DNA of 16,169 nt from Candidatus Krumholzibacteriia bacterium. Its GTDB lineage: Bacteria; Krumholzibacteriota; Krumholzibacteriia; WVZY01. The stretch's first letter is position 1, and each line of letters begins with the position of its first letter. The notes beneath the pieces are model-generated. The model had not been told where the DNA came from. It did not search any database and saw only the letters and a list, made by a program, of their open reading frames with translations. Shown one piece after another: positions 14,876 through 16,169 of the stretch. Where the stretch lies: NCBI GenBank assembly GCA_036478295.1, contig JAZGDW010000131.1, positions 1 to 16,169 on the forward strand. The letters run 5' to 3'. The translations under genes were made by a program, and so were the position numbers.

Positions 14876-14904
14876 TTGAACGAAAGAGTTTTTTGCCGTA
14901 TACT
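14876..14904 (+). promoter_or_regulatory. Putative sigma70 promoter for dnaN
   Basis: TTGAAC-17nt-TATACT, ending about 50 nt upstream of the dnaN start. Confidence 0.65.
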
Positions 14905-14952
14905 GCTCCGCAATTCACAAGATGAACGAATCACTCTTGAGGAGGTTTGGGC

Positions 14953-16062
14953 GTGAAGGTTTCGGTGGATCAAAAGCTACTTTCCAGGAAATTACAGGGT
15001 ATCTCCGCAGTGGTTCCCAGTAAGACGTCTTTACCAATTCTGTCGACCTTCTTGATGGAGGCCAAAGAAGGTAAGGTGCATCTAACGGCGAACGATCTCG
15101 ACGTGTCCCTGACGACCGTGATCGACTGTGAGGTCAAAGAAGAGGGACAGGTCGCTGTTCCCGGCAAGAAGTTTTTCGAAATCGTGCGCGCGCTGCCCGA
15201 GGACACAGTCGACATCCAGGTCAGTGCCGACAAAATCTCGATAAAATGTCGCAAGAGCCGTTTCAAGATGGTGGGCAAGAGCGCGGAGGAGTTTCCGAAG
15301 TTGCCGGAACAGGAGCCGCTGGCAACCTTCGATATGGAGACGAAGACAATCAGCAGTATGATCGTCAAGACGATTTACGCGGTGTCTAATGATCTGACAC
15401 GGCCGGCGTTGTGCGGGGTCTTGTGGGAAGTGGCAAAAGGAACGTTCACCATGGTCGCGACGGACGGACACCGGCTCTCAAAAGTAGTATTGAGCGGTGA
15501 ATTCAAAGACGTCGGCGGCAGCAACTTTATCGTGTCTCCCAAGGCGCTCAACATTCTCCGGTCGCTTTTCGATGAGAAAAAGGAAGTCCGGGTATCGTTA
15601 GCCGAAAACCACATCACCTTCGATCTTGATGACAGCATCATCTACTCGCGCCTGCTCGAAGGTCCTTTTCCAGACTACCACCAGGTCATTCCGAAAGGTA
15701 ACGACAAAGAGCTCGTCGTCAACAGAGAAGAGTTCACCGCCGCGTGCCGCAGGGTAGCCATCCTTTCCAGTGTCATTACGCACCAGGTGCGGCTCTCTGT
15801 CGGAACGGACACGTTGACAATCAGTGTGAACACGCCCGATGTGGGTGAAGCGGTAGAGGAAGTGCACTGTCACTTCAAGGGCGAAAAAATGGAGATCGGT
15901 TACAACGCGCGCTATCTCCTGGACATCCTGAAGACAATGGAAACCGAGGACGTGACGTTTCTTCTCGATCGCAACGATACCGCGGGCATGCTGATACCGG
16001 CGACGGAGCCCGACGAGTTGGAGTATCGCTGCTTGCTGATGCCGTTACGTTTGAACGACTAG
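14953..16062 (+). CDS. dnaN: DNA polymerase III beta sliding clamp
   Basis: LPILSTFL, ANDLDV, MVATDGHRL, RLLEGPFPDY, IGYNARYLLD, LLMPLRL. GTG 14953 lies 7 nt after GAGGAGG; TTG 14947 is too close to the SD. Confidence 0.98.
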   Translation: MKVSVDQKLLSRKLQGISAVVPSKTSLPILSTFLMEAKEGKVHLTANDLDVSLTTVIDCEVKEEGQVAVPGKKFFEIVRALPEDTVDIQVSADKISIKCRKSRFKMVGKSAEEFPKLPEQEPLATFDMETKTISSMIVKTIYAVSNDLTRPALCGVLWEVAKGTFTMVATDGHRLSKVVLSGEFKDVGGSNFIVSPKALNILRSLFDEKKEVRVSLAENHITFDLDDSIIYSRLLEGPFPDYHQVIPKGNDKELVVNREEFTAACRRVAILSSVITHQVRLSVGTDTLTISVNTPDVGEAVEEVHCHFKGEKMEIGYNARYLLDILKTMETEDVTFLLDRNDTAGMLIPATEPDELEYRCLLMPLRLND

Positions 16063-16169
16063 CGGCGGGGGCCTTCGGGGATAGCCCTTGCGTATCCATC
16101 ACTTTTCAAGCACACACCTTCGTAACCTCAAACATGCGCCGATCGATTTCTCTCCCGGTGTAAATGTCT

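Noticed and set aside
16063..16095. GC-rich stem with a CTTCGG loop after dnaN as a terminator
   Set aside because: Imperfect stem with no adjacent U-tract.
1..16169. CRISPR arrays, tRNA/rRNA genes, transposases or integrases
   Set aside because: No regularly spaced direct repeats, RNA-gene signatures or mobile-element proteins were seen.

Overview
This is the replication-origin region of a GC-rich bacterial chromosome; the lineage cannot be fixed from the sequence alone. dnaA-dnaN lie on the + strand. Diverging on the - strand are rpmH-rnpA-yidD-yidC-jag-mnmE-mnmG-rsmG, two parS sites, an inserted beta-helix lipoprotein gene, and parA-parB-M23 peptidase-bactofilin. DnaA boxes flank dnaA on both sides, and the dnaA-dnaN gap holds a tandem-box/GC-spacer/DnaA-trio unwinding module, the likely oriC. 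The most notable feature is missing from the ORF track: a 74-aa, cysteine-free glutaredoxin-like gene at 148-372 with two in-frame TGA codons (U13 in a UHYT active-site motif, U72 in a C-terminal GGT-U-AV-stop), each followed by a SECIS-like hairpin, i.e. a probable double-selenocysteine protein. Other points: a third DnaA-box cluster about 12 kb from dnaA, a recurring 25-bp palindromic motif near the DnaA-box clusters and at the parA promoter, probable non-canonical starts (CTG for yidC, ATC for the lipoprotein), an RsmG with degenerate catalytic motifs, and a long G-U-compensated hairpin between mnmE and mnmG. All calls are by eye; no searches were run.
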